Assembly: GCA_043228905.1 (NCBI GenBank)
Contig: JBHGNT010000017.1
Span: 7,626,001 to 7,690,000 of the forward strand
Reading direction: 5' to 3'
Origin: Azolla caroliniana
Taxonomy: Eukaryota; Plantae; Polypodiophyta
Length of the DNA: 64,000 nt
Part shown: piece after piece, positions 60,701 through 64,000 of the stretch
Numbering within the stretch: the stretch's first letter is position 1
How the letters are laid out: the number at the start of each line of letters is the position of its first letter
Made by a program: the position numbers and the translations under genes
Notes under the pieces: model-generated
Database searches by the model: none
What the model was told of the DNA's origin: nothing
What the model saw: the letters and a program-made list of their open reading frames with translations, nothing else

Positions 60701-63307
60701 ACCCCGCCTTCAGGAGCTTGTCAATTTCTTCTTTCACGAGGGTCGCGTAATTGGGGTTCATGCGGTAGCGGCGCTGCTGGACAGGTTTCGCGTTAGTTGC
60801 TAAATTGATCTTATGCTGATAGAACTTGGGATCTTACCCCTTCATGTCCTCGTGAGCGCAAGCGAACACATCTTTATATTCCGTGAGTAGTGTGATCATC
60901 GTGATTCTCTGGTCCGGTCTTAATTCCTTTGCGATGGAGAGGAACTGGGGCTCTGATTCCGTACCCACATTTACTTCTTCGAGAGCGGAAGTGGTGACTC
61001 GTCGTGAAATCTCCATTTCCCTTTCAAATGCCGCCCGTGCTCTCCTGAGTTCCAATATGGACTTTGGGTTTGGTTCATAAGGCTCGTCGTGGGGAACAGT
61101 GGCCGTGGCATATTCTGTCACGGTTGCTATGACATCTTTTTCGAACAACGGAATAATCCGAGGGTGTTCGTCGAGGTACGCCGCCAATTCTGCATCCTCC
61201 ACCCCAGCCAACATATTTATGTCCTCCGCGTATAACGGTGTTATACCCTTAGGTTGTGGCGTGCTGGCTTCCGTAGGTACGCGAACCTTGGTGCGTCCAT
61301 GCCAGAAATTGATACACTCGTGTTGCCAGCTCTGCTTGATATTTGTTGTCCGAAGCCATGATCTGCCCAGAAGCACTGGGTACGCTCCTGGGGCCTCCAA
61401 AGCGAGGACGACCGCCGAGATGTCGAAGTGGTGTCCGCCCACGAGGATGCCTATTTTGCGAATTAACCCCAATGGTCGCACTGAGCGGGTATCTGCCATG
61501 CGGAGCCAGAATGGACACGCCTCCCATTCGGAAATGCCTAACTGCTCGCAAGTTTTCACGCTAATTACATTAACGCCTGAGCCACCGTCGATTACGCATC
61601 CATGAACTTCCTGTCCGTGCAATATTACTGTAATAGCCGGGTTGTGTTGATCCACCACCGGCGGTCCATCGCTGACGTCTGTCAGGTTTGTGGCGACACT
61701 TGCCCTGGGTATGCCCGTCACCCGTTCTTCCATGGTCTGGCGGAACCGTGGAACTAGCTGTAGCAGTTTTTCCATGGTTAACGTTATTTCACAGCCTGCT
61801 AACGCCTGCCAGATGGGGTCCAGACCTGGTCTTTCGTTCTCTGTTCGCTCCATTGTGTTCGCGGACTCCTGCCGCATACGTTCCGTATTCGTCGCGTTTG
61901 CTTTTTCCACCCACGCTTGGGCTTGTCGGTGTACCTCGTCTTGCGCAGCCCAATCCGCTGTTTTTGTTTGTTGGCATGTCGTAACTTGTTGCACCTCCGC
62001 CGTAATCGTATTGATAGCGGGCCCCTTTCCCTTGCGTGTTGGGCATTGCGTAGCATAGTGTCCGGGTTGCTGACAAATAAAATAATGGATGCTTGATTCT
62101 CCCTTCTTGGCTCCAGGTGGTTTGTGCCGCTCTCCGGGTGCTACTTGCTCTTCGCGGTCTGGCCTCGTTTGTCGGAACGTACGCGGTGGCTGTTGTTGGT
62201 GCTATCGTTGTTCCTGGTGCCGCTCATCCCCCAAGCTTTCGTCGTAACGTCGGTGATCCCTATGTTGTCGTGGCTGACCCTGATAGCCATTGAAGCCGCC
62301 CCGTTTGTTTGTCGGCCGTTGATTCTCGTAGCGCCGACCCCCTTTGGCGTAACTCGGATGTCCACAATAATCCTCGTCCTCTGGGTCGTCCTCCTCGGAA
62401 TCGTTGTGATTCCGGCGATTCCGGTTGTACCGGTCCTCCCGCGGGTTGCGATCCTTATACCGGGGTCGGTCTTCTTGCCTCCTTTGTTCAGCCCAGTGCG
62501 GTTGACGTTGTGTGTCCATGCTGCGGACTGCAGGAGTGGCTCTATTTAACATATTGTACTCGCATTGGTCGATTGTGTCAGCCTTCGAGTGGCAGATTGG
62601 GCAGTGGATTCGCATATTGCACTCCACTGCGGAATGCCCCGAGTTCAAGCAAATCGTGCACTGGATTGCTTGACGAAATTGGCGTTCCTCATCCTAAGGT
62701 AACGCTTGTCGTAAGGAGGACATAGAAAACCTTTCCTCCTCGTCATCCAATTCGAGTTGTAACACTCGTTCAATTACCATATCCGTCATTTCCCCTTTCA
62801 CGCTATTGTTGTTGAGCGTTGCCCAGATGGGCTGACGTAAAGCTGCCAAAAATGTTTCCTGAGCCTCTTCCTCCGCGGGGCTTCATTCCAATTTCCGTCG
62901 TAAATTTGGAAACGTAAGCTGAAGTCCGCTATCGTCTCGGTCGGTAGTTGCTTAATTGTATAAAACTACCCGAGAATCTCGCGTTGTGGGACCCTCCGAT
63001 GGAAGAATCGCAAGAAAGCGGACTGCAGCTGTTCGAAGGTTGTTATGGCTGGTAAATCCATCTGTGAATGCCAAAACGCCGCACGCCCATCTAGTGTTAA
63101 TTCGAACTCCGTCATTTTCGACTGGTGTGCCACCGTCTCAGAGAGATTCTGCGCCATGTGGTTCGCATTCCAGACATTTAGGAACATGCGAATATGCGTT
63201 GCGGCGTCGGTTTCGCCGTTAAAGCGGGGGTAGGCAAAGGCCATAGTGGGAGCTACGGCGGATTGGGAAAGACCACAGGGTGGCTGTGTTGAGCGTGGTC
63301 CCCGCAT
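57800..63307 (-). pseudogene. G4 gag-pol fragments
   Basis: ORFs 62966-63307, 62202-62648, 60834-61994, 60078-60761, 59764-60267, 58282-59395 and 57865-58092. Confidence 0.9.
59396..59768 (+). mobile_element. Solo LTR of the C1 Copia family inserted in G4 RNase H
   Basis: TGTTGAGA...TTTTTACA, similar to the C1 LTR; flanks TCATT / TCATC; host reading EALGM|IYS is restored on removal. Confidence 0.9.
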
Positions 63308-63513
63308 CTCGTCGAGGTATTTGGGGAGCGAAGAATCCCCTTTGCACTCACGGTAGGTAGTACTAAGGTCGCTGAGGCGCGGCTTTTGCCGTGCGCGTTC
63401 TTCTGCCTAGCATGTGATGAACCTTGTTATTGGTCGGTCTTGTCGTGTTGGTTCTCTGGGTCATCTGTGGCTAAACACCCATTTGTTGTTGCTCGTCTGT
63501 GAGGAAACACAGA

Positions 63514-63541
63514 TCACCATGCGTGCCAAAAGTGCCAAAAG
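63514..63541 (-). other. PBS-like region of G4 (tRNA-Arg-like, imperfect, with a 9-nt duplication)
   Basis: Minus strand CTTTTGGCACTTTTGGCACGCATGGTGA next to the 5' LTR. Confidence 0.6.
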
Positions 63542-64000
63542 TGTTGTCCGCGGTCAGTCCTTCGACCTAGACCTCAAAGTGGGTGTGGAACAACGAACAG
63601 GTGTTTAAGCGTAATGCGTAAGGGAAGAACCCCTGTAACCTATCAGCGTATAAGGGCAGACGGCTACAACCGAATCCCTGTTAAGGGTTACACTTACGTA
63701 CTACAACGTTTAAGTATTCAAGACACCCACACTGAACTAGCCGTAGCTATACACAGAAAATCAGAGAAGAAAGGATTTTATTATCAGGCGTTTCATTACA
63801 TTCCCCAAAATTACACGCACCTCCATCAGAGGTTTTCTACCCTTTATATATGGAGGGTCTAATTAGTTGTTCACGCTTCCTGTGTGAACCGTTACATGCG
63901 TTATGCTCTTATATAATTTCTTATTCCTATGCTTTTGTCTGTCGGTTACTATTCCGGCGGAGAACAAGGGACATATTCGTAAATATGTTTTCTAAGAGTC

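Larger units (their letters stand above)
56974..63966 (-). mobile_element. G4: degenerate non-chromovirus Ty3/Gypsy (Athila/Tat-related RT)
   Basis: LTRs 56974-57403 and 63542-63966; TSD AGGGA (56969-56973 / 63967-63971); gag, PR (IDGGSG), RT (FLDD), RNase H (VDASD) and IN (ISDQG, GPY) fragments on the minus strand. Confidence 0.92.
47115..64000 (-). mobile_element. Copia D: decayed Ty1/Copia related to C1; own sequence is 47115-47180 and 52536-56688; 5' part beyond the window
   Basis: 3' LTR 47115-52892 (split by Copia C); PPT TTGAGGGGGAG adjacent; RNase H, RT, IN and PR fragments. Confidence 0.85.
56689..64000 (+). repeat. Copia E LTR (related to the Copia A LTR), split by G4; own sequence is 56689-56973 and 63972-64000; 63-bp tandem repeats
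   Basis: Starts TGTTAGGAAACAGGTCCCTCCGGATG like the Copia A LTR; resumes CATATTCGTAAATATGTTT after G4. Confidence 0.85.

Overview
Eukaryotic repeat DNA, most likely heterochromatin of a non-seed land plant (inferred from Tcn1-type chromoviruses, a Trp-primed Phygy-like Gypsy and plant tRNA-matching primer sites). No ordinary host gene is present. The window is one nested transposon cluster, resolved by eye from LTR termini and target-site duplications (TSDs). A degenerate Gypsy (G2, ~3940-8767) is cut by an intact chromovirus (G1, 1-3939) and adjoined or interrupted by an old Copia (C1, from 8768). C1 contains three nests: (a) chromovirus G1b (8914-25408) > Copia A (12039-22951) > Copia B (14759-20157); (b) Gypsy G3 (26856-46065) > an 11.9-kb Sola2-type DNA transposon (33645-45581); (c) Copia D (from 47115) > Copia C (47181-52530), and Copia D > Copia E LTR (from 56689) > Gypsy G4 (56974-63966) > solo LTR (59396-59768). 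Three features stand out. (1) The Sola2-like element encodes an intact spliced 863-aa transposase and a convergent spliced cargo gene (RING-H2, possible alternative last exon with a degenerate FCP1-like phosphatase domain), with kb-long arrays of the palindrome AGCTAATTAGCT in an intron of each gene. (2) Three different Gypsy families carry antisense tRNA-like Pol III A/B-box cassettes in U3. (3) G4 has a tRNA-Arg primer-binding-like site where its polypurine tract should be. All coordinates, splice models and family assignments were read manually, without alignment or database searches.
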